Shown here in pieces: positions 52,843-63,974 of a DNA stretch of 64,000 nucleotides. The position numbers were made by a program, and so were the translations under genes. Source of the DNA: Bacillota bacterium (GTDB lineage: Bacteria > Bacillota > DTU025). The stretch is taken from assembly GCA_050951805.1 (NCBI GenBank), contig JBMNJT010000008.1, positions 288,001-352,000 of the forward strand. Reading direction: 5' to 3'. Below the pieces are notes generated by a model. The model was not told the origin of the DNA. It saw nothing but the letters and a program-made list of their open reading frames with translations, and made no database searches. The number at the start of each line of letters is the position of its first letter. The first letter of the stretch is position 1.

Positions 52843-53419
52843 TTGCCCACTGCTATTACGCAGCTGTTTCGTTGCGCTTCAGCAAAGTAGTTTGATTAGC
52901 CCTTCCACGATTCCTCGGTTTCCGCTCCGAGCCTTCCGCTAAGGCCACCAGGGAGGAAATAGATATTTACACAGTGAATGTGGAAATCGTGGAGGACGGG
53001 TGGATGACTCCGAGCGAGATCAAAGCGCGGGTACGTGTAGCAACGGGCAAGTAGGGCGCCCAAGCTGATTGGCTGGAGTTGCTTCTGTGATATGAACGGG
53101 TGGCGTGCTGCCGTATCAGGAAGGAGGCGAGCTGTGTGATGATTCGCAGGGCCTGTGCTGTTTTCGCTGCAGCTGTGATTCTAGGGCGTGTGTTGATGCC
53201 GGTCATGGTCGCGAAGGCATGGGCTACGGAGCCCGGGCACCGAGGATACGTGCGCATGGTGACTCCTTGATGATACTTGCTGTTAACTGTGCCTGTGGGT
53301 ACCCTGCTTTCGTCTGGACCAGGTGAGCGATTTCACCAGGATACGAAGTTCGGGAGTCGCTGGCTTCCACGGGCGACGTTTTTCTGCAATCGGGGCGCCT
53401 TCTCTGCGTTCTGCGGGAG

Positions 53420-54320
53420 AATCCAAAATTGGCAGGGGCGACGCGGGTTATGTGTTGCCTCCATAACCGGCCGCTGGATTCATTGCATGGTTGTCCAAGG
53501 GCCATGGAGCTAAAGGAGCAATCATAGCAGAGAAAGGCTGTAACAGCGACGAAGACATCAGCCCCAGAAAGAAAACGCTATTCCCGATTCAGCGCATCTA
53601 CGAGGTGTATTGTGACGTGGCGGCAGAACGCAGAACACTGAGAATAGGCATATGCGAAGACTCACTTCCCGATATGGAACTTATTGAGGGGTACCTTTTT
53701 GGGATGGGAGGCCGGAGTCAATAGCGGAGACAGTTCGCAAGCGGCCATTCCTGATGGAGTCGAGCTTCGCATTTCTGAATTCTCCGGCGCCGAAGAGTTC
53801 TATTTCAATTACCCCGACAAGCCGCGCTTCGATGTTTTGCTGTTGGATATCCATATGGGAGACAGACGGCGAGCTGTGCAAGATCTATCAGGAAGACATC
53901 TTCCATTTTGAGTCTGTCGGGCACATGATAACTGCGGGCACGGCCGATGCGAGTGTCGAGAGCAGGATGAGCTGGGCGGAGCTGGAATCTTTGATTTCGC
54001 ACGACATGTTCGCGCGCACACACAGGTCGTATATCATAGGGCTGGGTCACGTTGATGTGCTCGGGAAAACCGAGGTTACCCTGGACAGCGGAACTGTTTT
54101 GCCTGTGAGTCGCAGGCTTGAAAAAGAGCTGCGGGAGAAATTCGTGGGGTTTCATGTCGGGTGCGATGCGGTGTGGTTCCCGTGATATCTTTGAGCTATG
54201 CGCATCTTGCGCTCATCATCGTCGCCCTGATCGCATTTTTCTGGTGGTTCTACAAGGTGGCTCTGACCCGCACCGTGGATCGCCGCATACGCAATTACCA
54301 GAAGGACCTTCTGGAGCGGG
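53420..54320 (+). pseudogene. Degenerate duplicate of LytTR response regulator and histidine kinase 5' end
   Basis: Highly similar to 58150-59267, with a frameshift, an internal deletion joining two ATGGGAGAC motifs, and truncation after DLLER. Confidence 0.85.
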
Positions 54321-54748
54321 ATCCTAGCATCAAGCAACATAGTATTCGCCTGTGCCGAAGATGGTTCCAAGGCAGCGTCGGCGAACGGCAAAGCTAGCAG
54401 ACTGAAGATTCAACTCCGATACGGCAAGATCCGTGCTCGTATGATCTTTAAGTTCGCTTTTCGCATGTGGGTTTTGCCATAATATCATTTCTCCTCGAAT
54501 GGATTCGGGCCGATGGCTGCGTGGAGGGTATTATCCCATTCGCATAACACGCGCCAAATTGAACCGGCTTGGACCCATATTGCCGTCCGAAAACCTATTG
54601 TTCTTAGGGCTTGCCTTTTACGTAGGGATTCTGCATGGCCCAGAACGGGTGTTCTTAACCGGTCATTGATAGGCAGCGACGAACAGCGGGTTCTATATAT
54701 CAATAAGGGAAGGACTAATAGTCGTGATGGGCTGCGATGCCTACAACA

Positions 54749-56441
54749 GAGCCATTTTCGATGTAACGAAAGCCCACGATAACGCGGGTTTGAAAGGCGG
54801 CTAAAAGATCGTTTCCCCCATGGGAAAAGCCCGTTTTGCGGCGAGAAAAATGAAGGCAACCAGCCCAAAGTGTCGAATGTTGTAAGTAGCGCTAACAACG
54901 GAGACACAGGGGGTTACCTTCATGGCAATTATACCACAGAAGCAGCTGTTCAAGTGGGACGAGGTCGAGGAATTGGGCGATTTGGAGCGGTTGAAGCTTG
55001 TTATAGATTACCTGCCTGATGAAGAGTTGATGCAGGCGCTAGAGAACGAACGGGCCAATGGCAGGAATGACTATCCGGTCAGAGCAGTATGGAATTCAGT
55101 ATTGGCAGGCATTGTGTTCCAGCATCCAACTATCGAGAGCCTTCGCAGGGAATTATCGAGAAACGCACAGCTCCGCCAGGTTTGTGGCTTTGACATCACC
55201 CTGGGCGTAGAAGGAGTCCCTTCATCATCGGCGTACACGCGGTTTTTGAGGAGACTGATGACGCACCAAAAAGAACTCGATGAGATGTTCGATAACCTGG
55301 TAAGGATGTTATGCGACGAACTCCCGGACTTTGGGGAGACGCTTGCTATAGACGGGAAAGCGCTGGAGAGTTACGCAAAGCCAAGACGTGCCGAGAGCGA
55401 AAAACCTTATGATGGCCGCCGGGACATAGATGCGAATTTCGGAGTGAAAACATATAAAGGCAAGAACAAGGATGGCAGCGTATGGGAGAAGACCATGAGC
55501 TGGTTCGGATATAAACTGCATCTTATTGTGGACGCCAACTACGAGCTGCCTATAGCTTTTCGGGTTACACAGGCGTCGAGGAGCGAGATAAAGGAGGCGC
55601 GCACTCTCGTAGACGAAATGGCGCTTAGGCTGCCGGAAATCGTTGACAGGTGCATGTATCTCACGGGCGACAAAGGCTATGACGACACCAAGATGACGAC
55701 CAAACTGTGGGACGAATACAGAATCAAGCCTGTCATCGATATCCGAAACGCCTGGAGAGACGGGGAGGAAACAAAGCTGGTTACCGGCAGAGAAAACGTG
55801 GTCTACGATTACAAAGGGACCGTCTACTGCTACTCACCCGAAGACAATAGAAGGCGCGAGATGGTTCCGGGGGGCTTTGAGAAGGATCGTGACGCCTTGA
55901 AGTGCCTCTGCCCTGCCAAATACTATGGTGTGGAATGCCGGGGCAAAGACGCCTGCCCAGTCAAAAGTGGAGTACGGATCCCATTATGTGAAGATAGAAG
56001 GGTGTTCACTCCGGTTGCGAGGCCAAGCGCCAAGTAGAAAAAGATTTATAACAAGCGCACCGCAGTGGAACGGGTAAACAGCAGGATAGACCGGGTCTTC
56101 GGTTTTGAAGACCATTGTGTCCGCGGGCTTAGGAAAATGAACCTCAGATGCTCACTAGCCCTTATAACAATGCTTGCAATGGCTTTGGGCAGGATAAAAA
56201 CGAAACAAGGGGACAAACTCCGTAGCCTTGTCCAGGCTGCATAAAAGCAGCCTTTGATGAACTGAACAATGAGATGCCAGTGCGGTTAGTTTAAGGTGCC
56301 CATTTTTCCCATAGCGAGCTGAAAACAGCCTGTTGACGCCTACCTCGGCAAATGAGACTGCTTCATTGCCAGGGAGGAAGCTGCTTTTGACAAATTATGC
56401 AACGGGCATGCGCGAGAAATCGGCTACAACGCAAATGCCTC
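54749..56441 (+). mobile_element. IS element (IS1182/IS5-like DDE transposase)
   Basis: Imperfect IR GAGCCATTTTCGATGTA / GAGGCATTTGCGTTGTA; 7-bp target duplication TACAACA (54742-54748, 56442-56448). Confidence 0.85.
54922..56244 (+). pseudogene. DDE transposase with premature TAG at 56035
   Basis: AIDG, WFGYKLH and GDKGYD motifs; frame continues KKIYNKRTAVERVNSR after the stop, so the catalytic E is lost. Confidence 0.85.
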
Positions 56442-56510
56442 TACAACATGGCCTGTATTGGGCCGGCTGGCGTCAGATGATATAATAGGAAAAAAGGAGG
56501 CGGCTCTTCC

Positions 56511-56732
56511 ATGAGCATCGACAAGATCCAAGCTGAGGCTCTTAAGCTCCATCCAAGTGAACGGGCCAGGCTAGCTGAGGCATTATTACTAAGCCTGGAG
56601 GATCTCTCGGATGAGGAGAATGAGCGTCTGTGGGCTGAGGAAGCCCAGCGCCGGCACGAAGACCTCGTTGCTGGGAGGGCTAGCGAGCGCACTGCTGCAG
56701 ACGTGTTTCGCGATATCCGCCAGCGACTATGA
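56511..56732 (+). CDS. Addiction module antitoxin component
   Basis: ALKL..SERA.LA..LL.SL...W..EA.RR motif. Confidence 0.85.
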   Translation: MSIDKIQAEALKLHPSERARLAEALLLSLEDLSDEENERLWAEEAQRRHEDLVAGRASERTAADVFRDIRQRL

Positions 56733-57028
56733 TTATTCGGCATGTCACCTTCCATGAACTGGCCGAACAGGAGCTACTTGATGCGGCACACTACTATGAA
56801 AATCAGAGCGCAGGCTTGGGATTTGCATTCCTCGAAGGAATAGAACATGCGGTTGCGCAGATTTGTGAGCATCCTGAATCGACCCACCAAATATCCCCGC
56901 TTGTTCGGCGCAAGATTGTGCGCCGGTTCCCCTATAGTATCATGTAATCAGTTCAGGACGATAGGATTCGGATCCTCGCTATAGCTAATCAAAGACGGCG
57001 TCCTTTCTATTGGCGTGGGCGTCGGTAG
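56729..57028 (+). pseudogene. ParE/RelE-family toxin with premature stop at 56945
   Basis: FH.LAEQEL..A..YYE....GLG..F...RFPYSIM*SVQDDRIRILAIA....RPFYW. Confidence 0.8.
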
Positions 57029-57093
57029 GTATGAGAATCCCTAACACACGAGTTTGCCCAGTCACCTAAACTGCGCCCCTAAAGGGTTTGATG

Positions 57094-57126
57094 TGGCGCG
57101 TTGGCAGGAATCGAACCTGCGGCCTC
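57094..57126 (-). tRNA. tRNA 3' fragment (T-arm, acceptor, CCA); att-like scar, possibly tRNA-Arg
   Basis: Reverse strand GAGGCCGCAGGTTCGATTCCTGCCAACGCGCCA; no 5' half present. Confidence 0.7.
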
Positions 57127-57197
57127 GAACCAGGAGTAGCCTATTCGATAAGAGTGTCCATTGACGCTACGCTATTGATAGCTGATATAGTAGTATC

Positions 57198-57257
57198 GAG
57201 GGATGAAGCTCCCCTCTGGAGTAATCCGAACCGCTGACGACAACTGATGGCTTCTAC
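57198..57257 (+). ncRNA. Fluoride riboswitch (crcB motif)
   Basis: GGGATGAAGCTCCCC...AACCGC...CTGATGGCTTCTAC matches the consensus; pseudoknot GAAGC/GCTTC; lies upstream of a cation/H+ antiporter. Confidence 0.8.
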
Positions 57258-57315
57258 AATCACACGTAGGAACCGTCGGCTTTTGTTTTTGGGTATCGGT
57301 TCCAGGGGGGATTTT

Positions 57316-58034
57316 GATGTCTATAGGCCTTGCTGCTGCAACAATTGGTGGATTGCTTGGATACGCTCTGTTCAGTAGAATCAGAATGCCTGGTCTGCTT
57401 GGGATGCTACTTGCAGGCATCGTGCTTGGGCCGTATGGGTTGAACTTGATTTACCACGAATTGATTGCAGTGTCGGCAGATCTGCTCTTCTGATGAGTCT
57501 GTTGCCAGCTTCGTTTGAGCTTCTAGGTGTAATAATTCTTGCGCCGAAACTGCTAGGAGTAAGCACTTTGGAAGCAGCGATTGGTTTGGGTTTGGTATGG
57601 TTTTTCGGGCGAGTGCACATCCGCGACACAGTCAAGGCCTTGACAATCATATCCTTGGCCATAGTCATGGTCTGGCTGGAGAGCTTGCTGGCGCCAGTAT
57701 GCCTATGTCCGACTTGCTTGCCGTCATGGCAATGGGTGTAATGCTCCTGGAGCGCGATGAGGCCCTGGCAGAGCGCTTGAGGGTCAGATTTGAGAAACTG
57801 TGGGTTGAGTTGATCGGTTCGAAGCTCAACTTCCACGAAAAGCTATTCTCCATGATGGCATATACTCCCAAATCCACAGTGCAAGCCGCCATAGGCGCGG
57901 TGCCCCTGGCCGTCGGCGTCGAAAGCGGCGAGCTAATCTTGGCCGTGGCTGTGCTGTCAATATTGATAACTGCCCCACTAGGCGCAACTGCCATCAAACT
58001 GACCGCGACGCGTTTGCTAACAACTGATGGCTAG
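57316..58034 (+). pseudogene. Cation:proton antiporter (Na+/H+ exchanger) with internal deletions and frameshifts
   Basis: PGLLGMLLAGIVLGP N-terminus; AYTPKSTVQAAIG...ILITAPLGA C-terminus; middle fragmented. Confidence 0.8.
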
Positions 58035-58311
58035 ACCGAGCTCTTGGGTGAGTTCATATCGACACCCCAGGACATCCGGGAGAGGCAAATCGTTGACACA
58101 GTATGGGCCACAGGCAGCTGCTATGGTGCGTCGCTTGTAGTTTGCGCGGAAGAATCCAGAACTTGCAGGGTCGACGCGGGTTGTGTATTACTTCCATAAT
58201 CCGGTCGCTAGATTCATCGCATGGTTGTCCAAGGGCCATGGAACCGCAGGAGCGATCATGGCAGGGAAAGACTGTAACAGCGACGAAAACACAAGGCGCA
58301 GGAAGAAACCT

Positions 58312-59133
58312 ATGTTTCCGAACGAGCGCGTCTGCGAGGTGCATTGTAACGTGGCGGCGAAGCCGAGAACACTGAGAATAGGCATATGCGAAGACTCAAT
58401 TCCCGATGTGGAACTTATTAGGACGTATCTTTCCGGGTGGAAGGCTAGAGTCAACAGCGGCGACCGCCCGCAAGCAGTCATTCCCGCTGGCATTGAACTT
58501 CGCATCTTTGAATTTCCCGACGCCGAAGCGTTTTATTTCAATTACCCCGATAACCCGCGCTTCGATGTTCTGCTGTTGGACATCCACATGGGAGACATGG
58601 ACGGCTTCGAGCTGGCCAAAAGAATACGCCAAAGAGACCGCAGGATTGCCGTGGTTTTCATCACCGGCGACCCTGATTACGCCAGCAAGGGTTATGATGT
58701 GGACGCCGCAGGGTATCTCATAAAGCCTGTGCGCCGGGAAGAGCTTTACGCCGTCATGGACAAGTGCATTCTGTCGCTCAAGAGGGGCAGAATGGAACTA
58801 CTATGGGAGACAGACGGCGAGCTGCGCAAGATCTATCAGGAAGACATCCTCTATTTTGAGTCTGCTGGGCACATGATAACTGCGGTTACGGCCGATGCGA
58901 GTTTCGAGAGCAGAATGAGCTGGGCGGAGCTGGAATCTTTGATCTCGCCCGACATGTTCGCGCGCACGCACAGGTCGTATATCATAGGGTTGGGTCACGT
59001 TGATGTGCTCGGGAAAACCGAGGTTACTCTGGATAACGGGATTGTTTTGCCTGTGAGCCGCAGGCTTGAACGAGAGCTGCGGGAGAAATTCGTGGGGTAC
59101 TACAGCGGGGGCGATGGGGTGTGGTTCCCGTGA
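58312..59133 (+). CDS. LytTR-family response regulator (start uncertain)
   Basis: IGICED, LLDIHM, FIT and YLIKP receiver motifs; LytTR F.R.HRSYII, LPVSR. Confidence 0.9.
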   Translation: MFPNERVCEVHCNVAAKPRTLRIGICEDSIPDVELIRTYLSGWKARVNSGDRPQAVIPAGIELRIFEFPDAEAFYFNYPDNPRFDVLLLDIHMGDMDGFELAKRIRQRDRRIAVVFITGDPDYASKGYDVDAAGYLIKPVRREELYAVMDKCILSLKRGRMELLWETDGELRKIYQEDILYFESAGHMITAVTADASFESRMSWAELESLISPDMFARTHRSYIIGLGHVDVLGKTEVTLDNGIVLPVSRRLERELREKFVGYYSGGDGVWFP

Positions 59134-59900
59134 TATCTTTGAGCTATGCACATCTTGTATTCATCGTTGTCGCCCTAATCGCATTTTTCTGGTGGTTCTA
59201 CAAGGTGGCTCTGACCCGCACTGTGGACCGCCGCATACGCAATTACCAGAAGGACCTGCTGGAGCGGCACTTCGAGGAAGTGAACGAGGTATACGGCAAA
59301 ATGCGCGGGTTCAAGCACGATTTTCACAATCACGTGCAGGTTATGGAAGCATGCCTCGAACTGGGGAAATATGACGAGATGGCTGCCTACCTCTCTCAGC
59401 TTTCCGAAGATCTTGAAGAGATCGATTGGATAATCAGGACTGGCAATCTCATGCTGGATTCCATACTCAATGTGAAGCTTACCCTGGCAGAGAAAAGGGG
59501 CATAAACGTGAATGCCAGGGCTTCTGTGCCCGAGGCTTTGACCGACAGGGGCGGGACGATTATTACAGACGTGGAGCTTTGCACTGTGATAGGCAACCTT
59601 ATGGATAACGCCATAGAAGGCTGTCTTACTCTGGATGATTCGGAAGCGCGCTTCATACGCCTCTTGATACGCCCGATGAAGCGCAACCTTTACGTATACG
59701 TGAGCAACTCCTACGGCGGGGAGCTCCGCCGCAAAGGTGACGCCTACGCTACCACAAAAGAAGGCCACGACCACGGGTTCGGCATACGAAGCGTCGACGG
59801 CATAGTTGCCAAATACGGCGGTTCGGTCAACCGCCAGAGCGAACCCGGTGTGTTCGCCACCGAGATACTGTTGCCCTTGGGCGACACTGGCCCATCATGA
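59121..59900 (+). CDS. GHKL sensor histidine kinase (AgrC/VirS-like, short)
   Basis: FKHDFHNH, NLMDNAIE and TTK....HGFG motifs. Confidence 0.9.
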   Translation: MVPVISLSYAHLVFIVVALIAFFWWFYKVALTRTVDRRIRNYQKDLLERHFEEVNEVYGKMRGFKHDFHNHVQVMEACLELGKYDEMAAYLSQLSEDLEEIDWIIRTGNLMLDSILNVKLTLAEKRGINVNARASVPEALTDRGGTIITDVELCTVIGNLMDNAIEGCLTLDDSEARFIRLLIRPMKRNLYVYVSNSYGGELRRKGDAYATTKEGHDHGFGIRSVDGIVAKYGGSVNRQSEPGVFATEILLPLGDTGPS

Positions 59901-60051
59901 TTCACCCCGCGTCGCATGACGCCCTACGATTTCACAGCTTTCCCGTCATGGATATTTACTGAAGGCAGCTTCTCAAACAGGTGCTTTGGATGGTTGTACG
60001 GGGTGATGGCTCTACTGTCCTTGCCTCACGTAAACCACGTCCCGTCTTCTG

Positions 60052-60118
60052 CCGTTCGTGACGAATATGATACCGCTCATGTCACATACGATTTATCTCG
60101 CATTTTCCATGATATATT
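60052..60118 (+). promoter_or_regulatory. Putative LytTR-binding direct repeats and -10 of the ABC operon
   Basis: CCGTTCGTGAC (60052) and CCGCTCATGTC (60073) with 21-bp periodicity; TG-a-TATATT at about 60110. Confidence 0.55.
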
Positions 60119-60162
60119 GCTTTTGGCGTTCATAGATCACTCAGCGGCAGGAGGTGCGTACC

Positions 60163-62109
60163 ATGGAAGCAAACGAGGCAAAGGGAGCACTGTCCGAAAA
60201 AGCGCCGAAAAGATATTCGTCGTGGCAGAACATGGGCTATCTGCTCAAGAACATAGCCCGCACCGACAAATGGTATCTCACGTTCATGATACTGATGGCG
60301 CCTGTACAGATAGTCGTCATAGCGTTTGAAGCCTACATACCCAAGGCGGTTATAGGCGGTATCGGTCAAGTGACGACACTGCAGGCATACCTTTGGAGCA
60401 TATTCTATCCCGTGCTTGCACTTCTGGCTGCCAAATGTTTGTCCGTGATTCTGGATTCTCAATTAGTAAAGGGCGGCGCTAATCAACGAGCCCTCTATAT
60501 GAGCGACGCTTACACCAAGAGCATGGATATGGATTATCAGTTCTTAGCATCTGACCAAGGGCAGGCCATGGTAGATAAAGGTCTGACGCTTCTGGACCAG
60601 GGGGACATGACCCTTATCGTCAAGTTCGGGCAGCGTTGTTCCGGTCTCTGGGCTGGACTGGGCGGCATAATCTTTTTTGCGGGCCTGGTAGTGAGGATAC
60701 ATCCCTGCCTTTTGATTTTCATAATAGTTTCCGGTATCCTCCAGTATTATTACGGGAAACACGTGGCGAACTTCAAAGAAAAAATGGTGGGTGAAACCCG
60801 GGGGCTCAGGGCCAAGATGAGGTACATGCGTTTTCGTGCAGGCAATTACGAATACGCCAAGGACATGCGCATGTATAAGATGGCGGACTGGTTTTCTGAC
60901 GTGGACAAGGAACTAGAAGATGAATGGAGTTTATACAGAAGAGAAGAGAAAAAACGGGATTACGGCGGATTCGTTCTCACAGCCTTCATGATCTTCTTAA
61001 GGGACGGTCTCACCTACTTTTATCTGGTGGCCATGTTCCTGGCAGGCAGTATCGAGGTTGCAGACTTCGTGTTTCTTCTTGGTATAACCCGAGGAATTTC
61101 AGGGTGGCTCATGGACATAATCGCCGAGGTCACGGCCATTCACAAAGACATGGCTCCCCTAAACGATATGCGCGAGTTTTTCGAGTACAAGGACGCGCTT
61201 AACCGAGACAAAGGCGTTCCCGTGCCTTGCCGGCACGATATACAGTTCAAAGATGTGTGGTTCAAATATCCGGGTTCCGAGGACCAGGCGATAAAAGGCA
61301 TGAATTTTCACATAAAAGATGGCGAAAAGCTGGCCATAGTGGGCGTCAACGGCGCGGGAAAGAGCACTATAGTCGGTCTCATCATTGGGTTTCTTCACCC
61401 AGATAAAGGTGAAATACTCATCGGCGGAACCAACGCCGAGAAAATGAACATTTATGACCGGTACGCCCTGTTTTCGGCGGTGTTTCAGGATGTGCACGTG
61501 TTTCCGGATACGGTGGGCAACATCGTGATGGGCAATGATTATGAAGCATTGGATTTCATGCAGAACACGGGGTTAGGAGCCGCGTCCGACTCCAGGATGG
61601 TTTCTGCGGATACTGATGCTAGGCGTAAGAGGGTTGAGGAGGCTCTGGAAAAGGCGGGGCTGATGGAAACGGTGAAGGCGCTGCCACACGGCATCGACAC
61701 GTATCTCAACAAGATGTCCAGACAGGGCGCTGTGGACCTGTCGGGCGGACAGAATCAAAGACTCATGCTGGCCAGGGCCATTTACCGTGATGCCCCCATA
61801 ACGGTGTTGGACGAACCTACCGCCGCATTAGATCCAATAGCTGAAAGCGAAATATACGGAAGTTACAGCCGGATGGTGCGTGGCAAGACGGCCGTGTTCA
61901 TATCCCACCGCCTGGCATCCACCAGGTTCTGCGATAGAATTCTGTTCATAGAGGACGGACAGATAGCAGAAGAAGGCAGTCATGAAGAGTTGATGAGACT
62001 TGGCGGCAAGTACAGAGAGATGTTCGACATCCAGGCCTATTACTATCAGGATAACCTTGGTGACGAAAGCGGAGTCGCCGCATCGGCAGCGGGAGGTGAA
62101 ACAGCATGA
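60163..62109 (+). CDS. ABC exporter, fused TMD-NBD subunit 1
   Basis: GVNGAGKS, LSGGQ, LDEPT and SHRL motifs. Confidence 0.95.
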   Translation: MEANEAKGALSEKAPKRYSSWQNMGYLLKNIARTDKWYLTFMILMAPVQIVVIAFEAYIPKAVIGGIGQVTTLQAYLWSIFYPVLALLAAKCLSVILDSQLVKGGANQRALYMSDAYTKSMDMDYQFLASDQGQAMVDKGLTLLDQGDMTLIVKFGQRCSGLWAGLGGIIFFAGLVVRIHPCLLIFIIVSGILQYYYGKHVANFKEKMVGETRGLRAKMRYMRFRAGNYEYAKDMRMYKMADWFSDVDKELEDEWSLYRREEKKRDYGGFVLTAFMIFLRDGLTYFYLVAMFLAGSIEVADFVFLLGITRGISGWLMDIIAEVTAIHKDMAPLNDMREFFEYKDALNRDKGVPVPCRHDIQFKDVWFKYPGSEDQAIKGMNFHIKDGEKLAIVGVNGAGKSTIVGLIIGFLHPDKGEILIGGTNAEKMNIYDRYALFSAVFQDVHVFPDTVGNIVMGNDYEALDFMQNTGLGAASDSRMVSADTDARRKRVEEALEKAGLMETVKALPHGIDTYLNKMSRQGAVDLSGGQNQRLMLARAIYRDAPITVLDEPTAALDPIAESEIYGSYSRMVRGKTAVFISHRLASTRFCDRILFIEDGQIAEEGSHEELMRLGGKYREMFDIQAYYYQDNLGDESGVAASAAGGETA

Positions 62110-63974
62110 TCGCAGAGGCAAATGTGGAGAAAAACGAACGGAGCGGTGTAGCCGGAGTGCGACAAGGCATTAGGCTTTTGGGGAGGCTCGATGATACGCT
62201 GGCCAGAACTTCCGTGATCCTGGGGATTTTCGAGGCGGCGGTTCCTCTTGTGGCGGTGTACATGGGGAAAAGGGTCATAGAAACGCTTTCCTCAGGCACG
62301 GGCGAAGTCATGAGGGTCGTGTTGTGGGCCATCTTTCTCAATCTCGGGCTTACCCTCGTATCCAAATGGCTGCAGGTGCAGTTCAGCTACGGTCAGGCGG
62401 AGATGTGGCGCAAGAAGGATATTGCCGTCAACAACAAGCTGATGGAAGTCGACTACGAAGCGGTGGAGGATCCGCGCATCCACGAAAAGCTGGCATGGCT
62501 GCAGCAAACAGAGAAAATGTTGGATCGCGGGGTGCCCGCCCAGGCCGATTACCTGAAAAACATGGCAAGAGGGACTTTTACCCTGGTGGCAGGACTCGTC
62601 ATGTCCCTTGGAGTTTTCTCTGTTCCCCTGCCGGGTACCGACATGCCCCTCTTCTTGCAGAACACCTTGTTTCTTGCTTTGATAATCGCTTTGCAGCTCT
62701 ACTCTCTGTGGGCTGGGGCGCGCAATGCGCGGGGGATAAATGAGATATCAGAGTCGGTGACGCTTCCCATGAATATGCTGTTCAGCGCTTACTGGCCGCA
62801 CTGGCAGGAATATTCCTATGGCAAAGACACCAGGCTCTACACTGGGAAAGCGCTGAACAACGCTCTTCGGCAGATGCCTGCGGTGTTTGATCGGATATAC
62901 GACGCTTTTATGGGTAAGTACACAAGCATTGGTGTAAGAACCGTGGCAAACGACATACTCACTATGGGGTTGGTCTATGGCTTCGTCGGCGTCAAGGCGT
63001 ATTACGGCCTCATTACTCCGCCGGACATCGTGCTCTACGCCGGCACGGTGACTTTGATGATGTCAGGGCTTACGAATCTTGCCCAGAATTACAGCAAAGC
63101 TGTGAGGAACATACCGTACCTGACGGTTCTTGGCGATTTTCTGGACATCGAAAGCGAGCGGTATCAAGGCACGCTTCCTGTAGAGAAGCGGGATGATAAC
63201 GATTACGTGTTTGAAGTCAAGAACGTGAGCTTCAAGTATCCTGGTTCTGACAAGTATGCGCTCAAGGACGTGAACCTCAAGCTCAGTGTGGGCGAAAAGC
63301 TGGCCGTGGTGGGCATGAACGGCAGCGGCAAGACCACGCTAATAAAGCTGCTCACCAGGTTTTACGACCCAACGGAAGGGGAAATCACGCTCAACGGGGT
63401 AGATATCCGAAAGTTCAACTACGATGAATATCTAGAGCTGTTTTCCGTGGTGTTCCAGGATTTGAAGCTGTTTTCTTTCGACATAGCTCAGAACGTTGCC
63501 GCCGGAATATCACCTGACGAAGAGCGGGTGACAGAGGCTTTGCATATGGCGGGGTTCGATGAGAGACTGGCAGAGATGCCCGAAGGGATACACACTTACC
63601 TTTACAAGAATTTTGCCGAAAGCGGCGTGGAAATCTCCGGAGGCGAGGCGCAGAAGATAGCCATGGCGCGCGCTTTATACAAAGATGCGCCTTTCGTAAT
63701 ACTGGACGAACCCACCGCGGCGCTTGACCCTATATCCGAATTCGAGATATATACCAACTTCGACAACATGGTGCGGGGCAGGACTGCGGTCTACATCTCT
63801 CACAGGCTTTCGTCGTGCAGGTTCTGCGACGATATCGCGGTGTTTGACGAGGGCCGTATGGTGCAGAGGGGCAGTCACGACGAGCTTCTGCGGGATACCG
63901 GCGGCAAGTACTACGAGCTTTGGAACGCCCAGGCCCAATACTACAAACAGGAGGAGATAGACGCTTTGCTGTAG
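62106..63974 (+). CDS. ABC exporter, fused TMD-NBD subunit 2
   Basis: GMNGSGKT, ISGGE, LDEPT and SHRL motifs; overlaps the subunit 1 stop. Confidence 0.95.
   Translation: MIAEANVEKNERSGVAGVRQGIRLLGRLDDTLARTSVILGIFEAAVPLVAVYMGKRVIETLSSGTGEVMRVVLWAIFLNLGLTLVSKWLQVQFSYGQAEMWRKKDIAVNNKLMEVDYEAVEDPRIHEKLAWLQQTEKMLDRGVPAQADYLKNMARGTFTLVAGLVMSLGVFSVPLPGTDMPLFLQNTLFLALIIALQLYSLWAGARNARGINEISESVTLPMNMLFSAYWPHWQEYSYGKDTRLYTGKALNNALRQMPAVFDRIYDAFMGKYTSIGVRTVANDILTMGLVYGFVGVKAYYGLITPPDIVLYAGTVTLMMSGLTNLAQNYSKAVRNIPYLTVLGDFLDIESERYQGTLPVEKRDDNDYVFEVKNVSFKYPGSDKYALKDVNLKLSVGEKLAVVGMNGSGKTTLIKLLTRFYDPTEGEITLNGVDIRKFNYDEYLELFSVVFQDLKLFSFDIAQNVAAGISPDEERVTEALHMAGFDERLAEMPEGIHTYLYKNFAESGVEISGGEAQKIAMARALYKDAPFVILDEPTAALDPISEFEIYTNFDNMVRGRTAVYISHRLSSCRFCDDIAVFDEGRMVQRGSHDELLRDTGGKYYELWNAQAQYYKQEEIDALL

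Noticed and set aside
54400-54740. Possible CRISPR repeat or leader remnant
   Set aside because: No repeated unit, spacers or cas genes anywhere in the window.
56035-56037. In-frame TAG in the transposase as pyrrolysine or readthrough
   Set aside because: A TGG-to-TAG nonsense change explains it; the region has many other pseudogenes and no pyl genes are visible.
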